Source of the DNA: a virus
Taxonomy: Duplodnaviria; Caudoviricetes
Virus record (IMG/VR): IMGVR_UViG_3300013426_000025
Span: 32,001 to 96,000 of that record
Length of the DNA: 64,000 nt
Reading direction: 5' to 3' (one strand)
The notes under the pieces were generated by a model. It was not told the origin of the DNA. It was given only the letters and a program-made list of their open reading frames with translations, and searched no databases. Below are positions 1 to 11,307 of the stretch, piece by piece (position 1 is the stretch's first letter; every line of letters starts with the position of its first letter). A program made the translations under genes and the position numbers.

Positions 1-1395
1 AATACTGACAGGAATTTCTATCTTGTATTCCCCATCTTCTTTTTTGAGGGTAAATCTCCTTAATCCTCTGTCCTTACTAATTCTGATTTGTTCTAATATA
101 GATTCACGCCTTTTAACTAGAGCTTCTTCTATTTTTTCTCTTCCTTTTGTATAAGAAGAAGCATTGGATTCACCTATTTCACCCTTATCTATATGTAAAC
201 TGATTGTAGATATTGCTTTTTCAAGGTAAGTACCATTAATGTCTTTACCCAAGTATTTAGATAAAAATTGCTTAAGTTTATTATACAACTTAGAAAGAAT
301 TGAAGTCTTTTTATCTGTTTTTATATTAGACAAAGTGTCTTGTAATATAGGATTAGTCATCACATTGGCGATAAACTCTTTTACATGCTTTGCTCTCCCT
401 TCTAAAGTATCAATGTTATAGCCGTAATCAATAAACAGATTATGGTTATTATTTAAATCTGTTATTATATCCCAAACATCATTTACAAATTTAGTTTCTT
501 CTTTACTTCCTTTGTTTAATATAACATTATCTACAGCATTTGCTGTTACTGTATGTACTAATTCGTGTGCTATAATATAATCGATTCTCTTACTATCTAT
601 AGATACAAGTTTAGGATTATAATTGAGATATACCACCTTACCTTGTATTCCCACATTCATTGTACTTTCAAGATTATCTACAGGAGTTATAGTAATTGAA
701 TATCCTGTTTTCTCTAACTTATTAATAATTTGCTGAGACAATTCATTGACATAAGATTTCCTGTCAGTATTATCTTCAATGTTTGTAGTTATTTTTGAGG
801 TAGGTTTTGTTTCTACACCACTATCAACATGATGTTTATTGTTGTACTCTTTTATAGAATTTTTGATTGCCTGCTTGAAATTATTAATACTTTGTGATAC
901 AGAGCCTTTGTCTGTACTATAATTAGTATTTATATTTCTTCCTTGTAAAGTAGTTATCTCACTTTCGTAAAAATCCCTGTTAGCACTAATTTTTTCAGTA
1001 TTCAATACAGGTCTTGTGACAAGTACTTGATATTTGCCATCTTTAGTTTCTTTTATTATTACTGACCTTTTATCAAACCATTGTAGTGCTTCTGTATATT
1101 CTTTCTGTGCTTCTTGTAATGTGTCTTTTATAATAGGTTTGCTATAATTTTTATCCCAAAACTCAACAACTGTATTATCATAAACAGTAGATGCGGGGGC
1201 AAAATAATGCCCCTGCACATACTGTTCTGATGGGAAAGGTAGTTCACCTCTTTCAAATAATTCTTGATTTTCTGGTAAACTCTGATATTCTTGTAATATC
1301 AACTCTAAATCTCCAGAAGTCATATTAAACATATCAAGCATATCTTGATATTCTTTAGACTTCTTTTGTAAAGATGTTACACAATTTGTCTTCAT
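1..1395 (-). CDS. N-terminal part of a giant virion protein with a zincin metallopeptidase domain (probably of the virion RNA polymerase block); runs off the window edge
   Basis: Not in ORF track. ATG at 1395, just after the stop of the 2098-aa ORF. I checked positions 1-660 codon by codon and found no stop. Translation includes IDYIIAHELVHTVT...HVKEFIANVMTNP (HExxH plus downstream E). Promoter at 1580-1610. Confidence 0.75.
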   Translation of the reverse strand, partial: MKTNCVTSLQKKSKEYQDMLDMFNMTSGDLELILQEYQSLPENQELFERGELPFPSEQYVQGHYFAPASTVYDNTVVEFWDKNYSKPIIKDTLQEAQKEYTEALQWFDKRSVIIKETKDGKYQVLVTRPVLNTEKISANRDFYESEITTLQGRNINTNYSTDKGSVSQSINNFKQAIKNSIKEYNNKHHVDSGVETKPTSKITTNIEDNTDRKSYVNELSQQIINKLEKTGYSITITPVDNLESTMNVGIQGKVVYLNYNPKLVSIDSKRIDYIIAHELVHTVTANAVDNVILNKGSKEETKFVNDVWDIITDLNNNHNLFIDYGYNIDTLEGRAKHVKEFIANVMTNPILQDTLSNIKTDKKTSILSKLYNKLKQFLSKYLGKDINGTYLEKAISTISLHIDKGEIGESNASSYTKGREKIEEALVKRRESILEQIRISKDRGLRRFTLKKEDGEYKIEIPVSI

Positions 1396-1397
1396 AT

Positions 1398-4300
1398 TTA
1401 TCTGCAATTTTCAATCATTTCTAACCACGTATCAATATTATTAATACCTTGTGTAAGAATTTTTTTACTTCTTAAAAAGGCTTCTTGGTCTTCCTGTTCT
1501 TTAGGTAAAGCATCTCCAAATTTTTTAGTTAAAACCTCTTTGACTCTCTTCCTATTTTCTTTATTTCTTATTATTCCTGCAAAGGTATGTAAATTATCTG
1601 AATTATGCAAGGTAGGAGATGATTTTTCTTCTATTTCATTAACATTTTTCTTAGATTTCCTCACTCTTTTAGGTTTTGGTTGTTCAGGCTCTTCTTCAAA
1701 AGATACAGAAGTTTGTACTGGAGCAGGTTTTTTATTATTATCCCTACTTTCTTTTGCATTAGGCTCTACAGTAGGTTCTGTTGTAGTATTTGAATTATTA
1801 TTTTCTTCAAAATCAAAATCCAATTGCTCCTTCTTACCTTCTGCCTCTATTTTTTCTTTTGCTTTTTCTGCTTGTTTTTTCTTTTCAATTCTATCTATAA
1901 CCTTCAAAGCATCTTCCCCTTTTAGTACTTTAACATGATTACCTTGGTCAAACTCTAAAACAAGAGGATTATTACTATCGGTATTCACAACATAAGCATC
2001 GTATACACCGTCTTTAATATCTGGTTTAATAGCAGGATTATCATTATATTGAACTACATAATCTACTCTTTGTATAGTTTCACTATCTGTAATTACTTTA
2101 TCATTTTCATCATAATAAACATTATCTATAATCCTATAAGTTTTACCATCAAGCAGTACTGTCTTACCTACTTTCTCTACTAATGCAGAACCTCTTCTTG
2201 CTTCTATTGGTCTTGCTTGTTGTACATTAATAGGTTTACCATCAGTATCTACATTATAAATATCAAAATAACTTCCTGCTGTACCAAGTAATGCTGCATC
2301 TGTTTGTAAAGCACCTGCTTCATCCATCATTTTCATTTCGTCAACATTCTTTATTGTTGAAGCAGTAAAATTCACTCTAAAACCGTTATCTACATTAAAG
2401 ATAGCATTTATCAGTGATTGTACTTCAGCACTTTGGTCGGCACTTGGTTTATCAAGATTTAACCTAAATACATCAACACCGTTTGCTCTGATAGTAATAT
2501 TATTTCTGTCCTTAGTACCAATAAATATGTTATTTGTATTGTCAAGGTTTATCCAGTGGCACAACTCTCTAACAGCATTATATCTTACAGCATGGTCAGT
2601 ATTATATAGCATTCTTATGGTTTCTATAAGATGGTCTTTGAGAGGACTGTCTTTAAGTTCACCGACTTTAGTAGGCTTAATTGCTATAGGGATATAGTCA
2701 CCATTGGAACTCTTAACGAGCATGAATAAGTTACCAGCATTACCTATATCGTCTCTTACAAGATTTACAGAGGCGTTGAGTGCTTTAGACATAACGTATT
2801 TAGTGGTCATCTGTATCATCCAAGGTATCTCATCAAACTGTACACCTAAAGGATTCCTTGTAGCATCATTAATAAGTTCTGACACACTTCTTATTGAGCT
2901 TTCTTCATCTGTTGCAAGTCTTTTAACAAGATTACCTGTAGCAATAAATTTAATCTTGCTCTTAAAGTAAGGGTATACCGTAAATCTATCATTTGCTCTA
3001 TCACCAACAAATGTGTGCATACCATGAGTATAGAAGGCAGGCAAAAATCTATTTCTAAATTCTTTTTCTTGGGCTGTAGGATTGTTTCTATCCTTACTAG
3101 ATATATAACCCATACTACCTATAACCAAGTAGTTTTTACCATCTGCTGTAATAACTCCTCCTTTTTTTCCACCATGTATCTTCTTTACAGCATCTGTATA
3201 TTCTACTACAAGTAATGGAATCTTTTCAAGACACGCATCATCTAACTCATTTGCCACAGGGTTTGTAATTACTACTTGTACATCAGGGTTTAATTCTCTA
3301 ATCCTTGCAAGTTCATAATCTACAATTTCCTGCATATTAATGCCCATATTATCACACCATTTAAAAAATCTACCCATTATATCTGTTTCACTTCTTGATT
3401 TTCTCAGAACTATAGTTTTAAATTTTCTAAGTGGTTCAATAACATATCTATAAAAAGGAAGCCCTAAGAAGGAACTTGCTTTATCTGCTTGAGAAGTTTC
3501 TCTATCAACATCTTCAATAGATGTAGGAAGATTAGTAGGCATACTTTGGACTTCTACACCTTTTGTTTGTACTTCCTCTTCTTCTGTAGGACTATTTACA
3601 CTTTCAGTAGTTTCAGTATGATTACTCTCTTCTACAGACTCAGATGTAGTTTCAGGTGTAGTAGGATCTTCTTTTGTAGGTTCTTCATTAGATTTAGTAC
3701 TTTCTTCTGGTTTTGTTTCATTAGATTTCTCAGTAGTTTTTATACTATTATCTTCATCACTAAAATCTATACTTTCTTGTTGTCCTTCTTTAACTGCTTT
3801 TTCTTTTTCTTCTTGAGTAGGCTCATATTCATCAACTTTAGGTTTTTCCTCTATTTGCTTCTTTTCCTCTTGTTTAGCCTTCTCTTCTTTTGCTTTATTT
3901 TCTTCTCTCTTTCTTTTTGCTTCTCTCTTCTGAACTTTTGTTGCACTTCTTTGATACCCTACTTGGTCAATACTATTAAGAATGTTATCAATCCAACTTT
4001 TAGTATTATTGTCTACATTAGGGTCATCAATTGCTCTTTCCAATGCAAGAATTGCATCTTTAGTTGTTTTTGCTGACTCTGTAATAATCATAACATTTCT
4101 TTTAATATTATCCTTACCTTGTTTTAGTATATCCCAAGTATCAATTATTTTATTAACTTCATCAAAAAATTTATTGTTTTCTATAGCATTGTATAATACA
4201 GTATTTCTTTTTGTATCTGCTGTACCATCAGGGTTAACAAAACCTATTTTAGATAGTTCTTCAAGTACACCTCTTGAAGCAGAGTTGAGTTTTTTATAAA

Positions 4301-7300
4301 AGTCAGCATTAATGGGAGTGGTAGATAGAACACTATGTAAAGTATTCGCCTGGTTTGATATTACCTTATCCCATAAAGAACGTAGCATTGCTTTCTTGTT
4401 ATAATCATTCAATTGCTCCAACTCTTGAGGTTTGCTAAGTATATACTTATAAGCCTCATTATTATATTCTATTTTATCTTGTAAGGTCTCAATATCTTCT
4501 AATTTACTTAAGTACTCAGGGTCTTTTTGTGCAAGCATATTTTCTGCTTTTTCTATTTCTTCCTCTTGTTCATAAGTATAGTTACTCTTTTTATGATGAA
4601 ACATATTATTTCTTTCATTTGCTGAAAGATTTAATATTTCTTCAGCAGTAAGTAGGGCAGGATTGTCGAGCATCTTTAAGGACTCTTGTAGCTCTTTTTT
4701 CTTTTTCTTAAAGTACTTTTCTCTTAAACCAGTTACTTTTTTGTTTTGTAATATGTCATCTATTTCTTTAATTCTTTCTCTAACTTGTTGCTCTCTTTCT
4801 TGTATACCTCTTTCAGTTAAAGCACCAACACCAGTATTAGTAGCATTGCCAGCAACACCCAGTTCTTTCTGCATCTGTTGTAATCTTTCTTGCCACTGTT
4901 GTCCCATTAAAGACATATAAGTAAGTTGGTTTTTTGCTTCCTTACTCATAGAATCTCCATATACAGAATTTAACATAGAAGACATTGACTTATAAGCTTC
5001 ATGTAACTTTAACATTTCTTGAGCATTTTTTTGTATTTGCTCTCTTGCTTCACTTACATTTGCTTCATTGGTGCCTTTCTTTAATCTCTTCTCATTAGCA
5101 GCAATATATTGTTGTATCTCTTCTTCTGTAATATTACCTTGTGCAGCCTCTTGGAGTTCTTGCATATATTGCTCTACAACTTCAGGGTGTTCTTGAGAAA
5201 GTTCTTCAGTATTGATTAAGAACTGAAATCCCATAGTAAAATGGTCATCTTTAGTGTTTTTCTTATCTCTTACTGCTTTATCATTTTCCATAGCAGACAA
5301 CATACTGAAAGCAGTCATAAGATTTTTATAATCTCCTGCATGCTCCTGCATGATTTTCTCTATTCTTGCTTGCTCTTCATTATGTTTTTTTCTTTCATTG
5401 TAAACTTCACCTATATCACTAAGAATAGGATTAAACAACATCTTATTGAGATTATCAATGGTACTGTTCTGTCTCCAATTTTTATATGTAGATGGGTCAA
5501 ACATGCCTACTTTAGGAGATGCTTGTAATAACGGTGCAACACCTCCAACAAATGCTTGTTGCCAAGTAGATGGGTCCATAGTAGCACCAGAAGCACCTTC
5601 TATATAAGATGTACTGAAATCAAATATGTTTTTAAAAACACTACTAACAGGACCAATAGTGCCTGTATTATAGAGATGTTGTAGATAATTATTACCCACA
5701 TCAAGACCTAACTGTTGAGAACCCTGGTTAACCATTTCATCAGTAAATTCATCTAATGCGCCACCAAATATAGAACCTCCTATCTTTTTAGTATAGTCAA
5801 ACCATGCAGCATGTTTACCTGCTTCTCCTAACTTAGAGAAAGGAGATTTATAGTATTTCCAGCCTGCCATTAATCTATCAGTAGGTAGATTCTTAAGCAT
5901 GTGAGATGCAAAAGTAGTATTAAAAGCAGTAAAAGCTGCTTCCTTTGCTGCCTCTTCTACTTTCTTTTTAACAAAGTTCTGATAATCTTTTGTATATTGC
6001 TGCCTTAACTCTTCTCTTCTTGCTGATGTAACATTAACTAAAGCATTAGTGTCTTCCCCAACTCTTTTCAAAACATCCCCATCAGGAAATTCTTTCCTAA
6101 TTTGTTCTTCTACAGCAGACTCAATTACGTTTCTTGCAAATTCTGGGTTACTAAATGCTTCTTCCATTCCTTTACTATAGACTTCATCATAAACAGCATC
6201 CCAGGCACTTCTTGCTTCTGATGCAGCCATAGGTATAGTATGTAGAGCATAATTACTTGCTTTAGCAACACCTTCTCCTGCTTCTGCTGCTAATTTTACT
6301 GCTTTTTGCGCTTTTACTCCTGCTTTTCCTGCTTGAGTAACAAGTTTTCTTTGCATTGCTTTCATAGGAGCACTTGCAGACTTGGTTACTGCCATTTCAA
6401 CAAGGGTTGGCATTAAATAACCAAGCATTTGAACACCTTCACCAAGTGTTTCTTTTGTGAACCATTTATATTCTTCACCAGCAGGTCTTATATGAGTATT
6501 AGCATTAACTAATCCCATTGTTTTTATTCTCTGTTGCTTTACAGGGTCAAATGTACCAGTATTTTGCCAATCTCCTATAAATTCTTGATTTAAAAGTAAA
6601 GGTGCTTTACTACCGTCTTTTTTTAGTCCCATGTGCCAATTTATGGCTTGTTGTTTTATATCATCATCAAATGCTGCTCCTAAATCAAGAGCAACTCCCC
6701 ATAAATCACTGGGTAATGCAACCACCATAGTTGCAGCATTTATTGCAATATTACTGGCATTAATTTCAAATCTTCTCCAACTAGTTCTTGTGTCATATAT
6801 ATTCCTTTTAACAGCATTTTCTACAAACTCAGCACCCATAGCATAATAGTAGGATGCCATTCTGTCATCCCCCTTTTCATGGGCTTCTTCTGCTAAAGAA
6901 GCAAATGAAGCATATTGAGACATTAGTTTAATTTTCTCAGAATCAGATAGTTTTAATTCACCATTTTCAGAAAATGTAGCATAATTAGGAAACAATACTT
7001 GACCAGTATCTTCATCTGTCCTAGTGAAGAAATCATCAATTTCATTAATGGTTTTTCTAGCACCATTAACTATATCACTATTCATTTGGTCAATATAGTA
7101 GTTCTCAAAAGATTCTGTAATCTGTTTATTTATAGGATTTTCTGCTTGTGTCTCAGCCTCAATAACTCTTGCATCTTGCATAAGCCTTTCCCTTTTTTTA
7201 TCTACAGCACCCAAGAAAGCAGCATCTGCATCTTCTTGAGACCGGTTAGCTACAGAAACACCACGACTCTGACTTAAAGACTGACCAATCCTTCCTAAAA

Positions 7301-7694
7301 GAGTAGGTTGTTCTTTTCTCTGTTCTTCTAATAACCTTTCTTTATCTTTTGCAAGTTCTTCTCTCTCTTTAGAAGTCATGTAGTCATTTTCTAAGAGATA
7401 TTTTATTGCCTCTGGTGTATACAGATCCTCAAAGTCACTTATATCTTCTTTGTATCTTCTATCAAATGCTTCTGCTATTGCTTGATTATTATAATAAGTA
7501 TCTCTTTGCTCAGCATCCATAGAGTTAAATACATCTTTTCCAAATTTATTTACAAATTGTTGGTTTTTGTAAACTCTATCTAACTGTTTGAAAGATTTAC
7601 TCCCTTTATAACCACTATCAAGTAAATGCTGTCTCCAGATAGAGTAATCCTCATTACTCATATCATTAACACCTTTTAAATATTCAATTCCCAT
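1398..7694 (-). CDS. Giant virion cargo protein (2098 aa) of the crAss RNAP/ejection gene block
   Basis: Size, coiled-coil N-half, E/K/T-rich linker, position after muzzle and cargo genes; no RNAP catalytic DxDxD motif seen. Confidence 0.6.
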   Translation of the reverse strand: MGIEYLKGVNDMSNEDYSIWRQHLLDSGYKGSKSFKQLDRVYKNQQFVNKFGKDVFNSMDAEQRDTYYNNQAIAEAFDRRYKEDISDFEDLYTPEAIKYLLENDYMTSKEREELAKDKERLLEEQRKEQPTLLGRIGQSLSQSRGVSVANRSQEDADAAFLGAVDKKRERLMQDARVIEAETQAENPINKQITESFENYYIDQMNSDIVNGARKTINEIDDFFTRTDEDTGQVLFPNYATFSENGELKLSDSEKIKLMSQYASFASLAEEAHEKGDDRMASYYYAMGAEFVENAVKRNIYDTRTSWRRFEINASNIAINAATMVVALPSDLWGVALDLGAAFDDDIKQQAINWHMGLKKDGSKAPLLLNQEFIGDWQNTGTFDPVKQQRIKTMGLVNANTHIRPAGEEYKWFTKETLGEGVQMLGYLMPTLVEMAVTKSASAPMKAMQRKLVTQAGKAGVKAQKAVKLAAEAGEGVAKASNYALHTIPMAASEARSAWDAVYDEVYSKGMEEAFSNPEFARNVIESAVEEQIRKEFPDGDVLKRVGEDTNALVNVTSARREELRQQYTKDYQNFVKKKVEEAAKEAAFTAFNTTFASHMLKNLPTDRLMAGWKYYKSPFSKLGEAGKHAAWFDYTKKIGGSIFGGALDEFTDEMVNQGSQQLGLDVGNNYLQHLYNTGTIGPVSSVFKNIFDFSTSYIEGASGATMDPSTWQQAFVGGVAPLLQASPKVGMFDPSTYKNWRQNSTIDNLNKMLFNPILSDIGEVYNERKKHNEEQARIEKIMQEHAGDYKNLMTAFSMLSAMENDKAVRDKKNTKDDHFTMGFQFLINTEELSQEHPEVVEQYMQELQEAAQGNITEEEIQQYIAANEKRLKKGTNEANVSEAREQIQKNAQEMLKLHEAYKSMSSMLNSVYGDSMSKEAKNQLTYMSLMGQQWQERLQQMQKELGVAGNATNTGVGALTERGIQEREQQVRERIKEIDDILQNKKVTGLREKYFKKKKKELQESLKMLDNPALLTAEEILNLSANERNNMFHHKKSNYTYEQEEEIEKAENMLAQKDPEYLSKLEDIETLQDKIEYNNEAYKYILSKPQELEQLNDYNKKAMLRSLWDKVISNQANTLHSVLSTTPINADFYKKLNSASRGVLEELSKIGFVNPDGTADTKRNTVLYNAIENNKFFDEVNKIIDTWDILKQGKDNIKRNVMIITESAKTTKDAILALERAIDDPNVDNNTKSWIDNILNSIDQVGYQRSATKVQKREAKRKREENKAKEEKAKQEEKKQIEEKPKVDEYEPTQEEKEKAVKEGQQESIDFSDEDNSIKTTEKSNETKPEESTKSNEEPTKEDPTTPETTSESVEESNHTETTESVNSPTEEEEVQTKGVEVQSMPTNLPTSIEDVDRETSQADKASSFLGLPFYRYVIEPLRKFKTIVLRKSRSETDIMGRFFKWCDNMGINMQEIVDYELARIRELNPDVQVVITNPVANELDDACLEKIPLLVVEYTDAVKKIHGGKKGGVITADGKNYLVIGSMGYISSKDRNNPTAQEKEFRNRFLPAFYTHGMHTFVGDRANDRFTVYPYFKSKIKFIATGNLVKRLATDEESSIRSVSELINDATRNPLGVQFDEIPWMIQMTTKYVMSKALNASVNLVRDDIGNAGNLFMLVKSSNGDYIPIAIKPTKVGELKDSPLKDHLIETIRMLYNTDHAVRYNAVRELCHWINLDNTNNIFIGTKDRNNITIRANGVDVFRLNLDKPSADQSAEVQSLINAIFNVDNGFRVNFTASTIKNVDEMKMMDEAGALQTDAALLGTAGSYFDIYNVDTDGKPINVQQARPIEARRGSALVEKVGKTVLLDGKTYRIIDNVYYDENDKVITDSETIQRVDYVVQYNDNPAIKPDIKDGVYDAYVVNTDSNNPLVLEFDQGNHVKVLKGEDALKVIDRIEKKKQAEKAKEKIEAEGKKEQLDFDFEENNNSNTTTEPTVEPNAKESRDNNKKPAPVQTSVSFEEEPEQPKPKRVRKSKKNVNEIEEKSSPTLHNSDNLHTFAGIIRNKENRKRVKEVLTKKFGDALPKEQEDQEAFLRSKKILTQGINNIDTWLEMIENCR
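1580..1610 (-). promoter_or_regulatory. Bacteroidota sigma-A-type promoter inside the 3' end of the 2098-aa gene
   Basis: Minus strand TTG-N6-TCA-N11-TACCTTTG; matches -33 TTG / -7 TAnnTTTG. Confidence 0.7.
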
Positions 7695-7708
7695 ACTTAA
7701 TTTTTAAT

Positions 7709-9358
7709 TTATACTCCAGCGTCTGGGTCATAAAAATCTTCTTCAGTTTGTGTTACATCAGAAGCCAGAGTAGATTTTGTTGAACTCTTAGGTACTATTG
7801 CAATCTCATATTCACTCATATCACTATTGTAATACATATAATATTCAAAGTCATGTGGATTAGCCTCGCCAATTTGAGACTTAATGTATTTCTTAACATC
7901 TTCAGACTCTTCGTTCATTGTCTGTAATGTTAAATTAGTACTAGTTTTACCATTACTTATGGCCACATCATCCAATTTTCCACTTGTCAAATCCTCATAA
8001 GAAGTAATAATAGGATGTTCATCACGTTTAAATATCCAACCATGTGATTTTTTCAAATCTTTGGATTTTTCCACCACTCTTACAGAACCTTTCTTATCTC
8101 CACCTCTAACTGTAATAATTACAGCATTTTTAGAGAGTAAAGCAGCAGATGGTTTCTTCCTTTTTCTTCCTGTTACAGAATTAATATCATCACTTTTATC
8201 GTAAGTAACAATGTTATTATTTTCATCGAGTATTGGAACTCTTGTATATGGATTGTTTGTTATATAGTCTTTACCATTCTTGTTTTGAACAACATAAAGA
8301 TTATGCATTACAGGTTGTCCATTATCATCTCTTTGTAGTTTAGGAACAGTTTTTTCAACCCCATTTTCATCAGTATAAGTTTCAGTTTGCATATCGCTTT
8401 CTCTGCTGCCTGGTGTATCATCATAAGTGTATTCCCCAGTGTCAGGATTAATTGCTATATACACATCTTTACCGTCTTTATTTTTAGCAAGTACTCTATA
8501 AGAAAGAATTTGTAAGTCATCGTCTGTACCACTACCTGCAAGTTGTTTTTTATAATTAGCCTCATACAAATCCCAATTCTTGTTGCTTACAAGACTTGCA
8601 TCATCTACAATACCTTCTAAGATACCAGTTACAATTCTATCTCTAAGTTGGTCTTTTTGTGTATCTGTATATTGTCCATTGTTTATACCATAACTATCAT
8701 ACACTTGGTCAACTATTTGTGATAAGTTAGAACCTTCAGTACCTAAAGCAGTTAAAGCATCTTGAGTAGATGCACCTAATCTTCTCATCTCTAAGTATTG
8801 ACTACCAAATGCTTGTGCTTGTTGTAAAGTAATAGGCAATCTACTTGCATAAGCTTTACCTTCTTTAAAACCCGTATCTTCCAATTCTGATTGACTTACT
8901 GCTTTGTAAGTAGGATTAGGATTTTTCAGGAAGAAGTCTACACCAGCATTACTGAAATCGGTATCATAAACAAGGTCTCCTTTAGGATTATTTTTCCTTT
9001 GTTCGTCTGCCATACTTTTCCAAGTATTATATGCTTCTTTAATAGGAACAATATCTTCTGCAAATTGTCTTCTTAAATCCATAGCAGATTGTATATCTCT
9101 ATCTCTATTCCAACCTGTTGTTGCAAGATTATTAGCAGCCTCCTTTAATTGTTTTTGATAAGCATCATAAGTAGCATAGGCTTGCTCACTACCTTCCATT
9201 TCTGCTAATTTCTTTAAATCAGCAGTAGCATCTATCATATCTTGATACCTTTTCTCATAATCTTTATATGTCTGCACATAAGCAAGTCCTGGTCTTAAGT
9301 AATCTTCTACAGATGTAGGATTAAAAGTAGAACCTACATGAAATCCATATTTAGGCAT
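7709..9358 (-). CDS. Putative virion cargo/ejection protein (549 aa)
   Basis: Synteny between cargo gene and giant genes; helical N-terminus. Confidence 0.5.
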   Translation of the reverse strand: MPKYGFHVGSTFNPTSVEDYLRPGLAYVQTYKDYEKRYQDMIDATADLKKLAEMEGSEQAYATYDAYQKQLKEAANNLATTGWNRDRDIQSAMDLRRQFAEDIVPIKEAYNTWKSMADEQRKNNPKGDLVYDTDFSNAGVDFFLKNPNPTYKAVSQSELEDTGFKEGKAYASRLPITLQQAQAFGSQYLEMRRLGASTQDALTALGTEGSNLSQIVDQVYDSYGINNGQYTDTQKDQLRDRIVTGILEGIVDDASLVSNKNWDLYEANYKKQLAGSGTDDDLQILSYRVLAKNKDGKDVYIAINPDTGEYTYDDTPGSRESDMQTETYTDENGVEKTVPKLQRDDNGQPVMHNLYVVQNKNGKDYITNNPYTRVPILDENNNIVTYDKSDDINSVTGRKRKKPSAALLSKNAVIITVRGGDKKGSVRVVEKSKDLKKSHGWIFKRDEHPIITSYEDLTSGKLDDVAISNGKTSTNLTLQTMNEESEDVKKYIKSQIGEANPHDFEYYMYYNSDMSEYEIAIVPKSSTKSTLASDVTQTEEDFYDPDAGV

Positions 9359-11195
9359 GTTTACCTCCTTTCTTCTTTGTTTTTAAATTACCACCAAATG
9401 CTTTCTTATTTGTTGCATTCCATAAGTCATAAAACGCTGCAATAACATCATTTAAGGGAACACCTGAATTTGCAGTTGTAACTCCTGCAATATCTTTATT
9501 TTGTCTATCCTTACCAAAGTTACCAATACTATCAAACAAACTTGTAAACGCAGCACTTCTACCTTGTTGTGTAGCATCTCTTTCAGCATTTCTCATACCA
9601 GCAATATATTTATAGGCATCAGCAATTCGAGCATCCCTACCTTGATTTAATTGTTGTGCTTTCATATTCATATCAGCATTTGTACTATCTGTGTCTCTAT
9701 TAAATGCTAATACTCTACCAAGTAACTCATCATTATATTGCCTTGCTGCTTGTGCTGCTTGACCTTGATTTACTTGGTCTGTGTAAGCATCTGCCATTAC
9801 AGCATTAGTCATAGCACCAGGTGTAGCACCATTTTCAATTATTGCTCTTCTATTACCTAATGCTATATTGTTTGCTTGATTAATTACAGAGTAAGGGTCA
9901 ATAGGATTATAAGTCATCTTCTGAGTAATATACTTAGGAGACACTTCTCTAATACTATCTACTTTATTTTGAAAACTATTTATATTACTATAATCAGGAC
10001 TATCTATAGCAGACATTAAAGCAGCACTAGCATTACCAAATATAGGTGCGCTTCTTAAAATGTTATTCCAAGATTCTTGTCTTTTTATATCCCATGCTTC
10101 TCTTGTCAAAATATCTTTCTTATTATCAGGATGTCTTTTATTATAATCCGTTTGTCTATCTACGTATTTATCATATAACCTATCTCCTAAACCGTATTTA
10201 TGTCCTAACAAACCACCTTTTGCAAACTGTCTAAGCAGTCTTTGTTCTTCTTTTTTCTGCTTTAATGTTTCTTGTTCTTGTTGTAATCTTCCCATTAAAG
10301 CCTTTAAACCATTATTACTAATCATATCATTAGGTCTTTCTTCAGATTCTTTTTGTATCTTCTTTGCAGCATCTGCAAATGTTAAATTCTTACCTGTAAG
10401 TTTCATATCTTGTTTTACTTTCTCAGGAACTTTTAATCTGTTACTGAATACATAATCATCATATATTACTTCATCTTCTTCTACAAGATTAGGTAATCCA
10501 TCACTTGCAATTCCTTGAGGTACACCTCCTAAAGGATTTTGCTCATGGGTACCTCCACCATCTATGGTTCTAACTCCATTAGTAAAGTTACTATCTATAT
10601 TACCACCAAATGCTTTTAGGTTTCTCAAAGCATTAAAACTATCTTGATAATTAAGGTTTAGTGCTGCATTTTCAATCTTCCTATCCATTAACTCATTAGC
10701 AGCCTTTGCTTCTTGATTTAATTGGGCAGCAAGATTATTTGCTTTAACTCTTTGAGAAGCAGCAAGTAAACCTGCACCAGCAGTTCCTCCAACTCCCATG
10801 GCAGCAGAAGATATTAATTTACTAAATATACCTCCACCACCTGACATGCCTTGTATAATACCATTAGCACCTGCACCAGCAATACCTACTCCAAGTTCTG
10901 CATCAGACATCATAAAGTCTTTGTAGGAATTATTTTGATTCAGTTTCTTTCTATCATTATACAATTTATCAAAGTCATCCCAGTTATTTACATCTACTGT
11001 CTGAGCATTTAAGGAATCTATTTGGTCCCACTGTTCAGAACCATCATTTTTCAATTGAGCAAGGCTTGGGTCTGCAAGACCGCCTGCTAAAGTAGTACCT
11101 AAAATAGCCAAAGCATCACTACCTGCTGTATTACCACCCCTATCAAACCTATGATTAGGGTATTGAATTAACATTTTATTTTTCTTCTTATTCAT
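9351..11195 (-). CDS. Virion cargo protein (C1-like, 614 aa)
   Basis: Gly/Ala-rich hydrophobic segment; GGTHEQNPLGGVPQG...LVEEDEVIYDDYVFSNRL motif recalled from crAss cargo proteins; directly after muzzle gene. Confidence 0.6.
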   Translation of the reverse strand: MNKKKNKMLIQYPNHRFDRGGNTAGSDALAILGTTLAGGLADPSLAQLKNDGSEQWDQIDSLNAQTVDVNNWDDFDKLYNDRKKLNQNNSYKDFMMSDAELGVGIAGAGANGIIQGMSGGGGIFSKLISSAAMGVGGTAGAGLLAASQRVKANNLAAQLNQEAKAANELMDRKIENAALNLNYQDSFNALRNLKAFGGNIDSNFTNGVRTIDGGGTHEQNPLGGVPQGIASDGLPNLVEEDEVIYDDYVFSNRLKVPEKVKQDMKLTGKNLTFADAAKKIQKESEERPNDMISNNGLKALMGRLQQEQETLKQKKEEQRLLRQFAKGGLLGHKYGLGDRLYDKYVDRQTDYNKRHPDNKKDILTREAWDIKRQESWNNILRSAPIFGNASAALMSAIDSPDYSNINSFQNKVDSIREVSPKYITQKMTYNPIDPYSVINQANNIALGNRRAIIENGATPGAMTNAVMADAYTDQVNQGQAAQAARQYNDELLGRVLAFNRDTDSTNADMNMKAQQLNQGRDARIADAYKYIAGMRNAERDATQQGRSAAFTSLFDSIGNFGKDRQNKDIAGVTTANSGVPLNDVIAAFYDLWNATNKKAFGGNLKTKKKGGKHA

Positions 11196-11217
11196 AGTAC
11201 TATGTATGTAATAAATA

Positions 11218-11248
11218 CAAAGGTATAAAAATTATTTCATTTATGCAA
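11218..11248 (-). promoter_or_regulatory. Bacteroidota-type promoter for cargo genes
   Basis: TTG-N6-TGA-N11-TACCTTTG on minus strand. Confidence 0.75.
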
Positions 11249-11257
11249 TAGTATAAT

Positions 11258-11302
11258 AAAAAAACTGACTAAGAGAATTAATTTATTATTCTTAGTCAGT
11301 TT
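11258..11302 (-). terminator. Intrinsic terminator after the muzzle genes
   Basis: AAACTGACTAAGA / TCTTAGTCAGTTT inverted repeat followed by a T-run on the minus strand. Confidence 0.75.
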
Positions 11303-11307
11303 AATTA

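Noticed and set aside
1398-7694. RNAP catalytic subunit
   Set aside because: No DxDxD motif; LDFDFEE lies in a disordered tail
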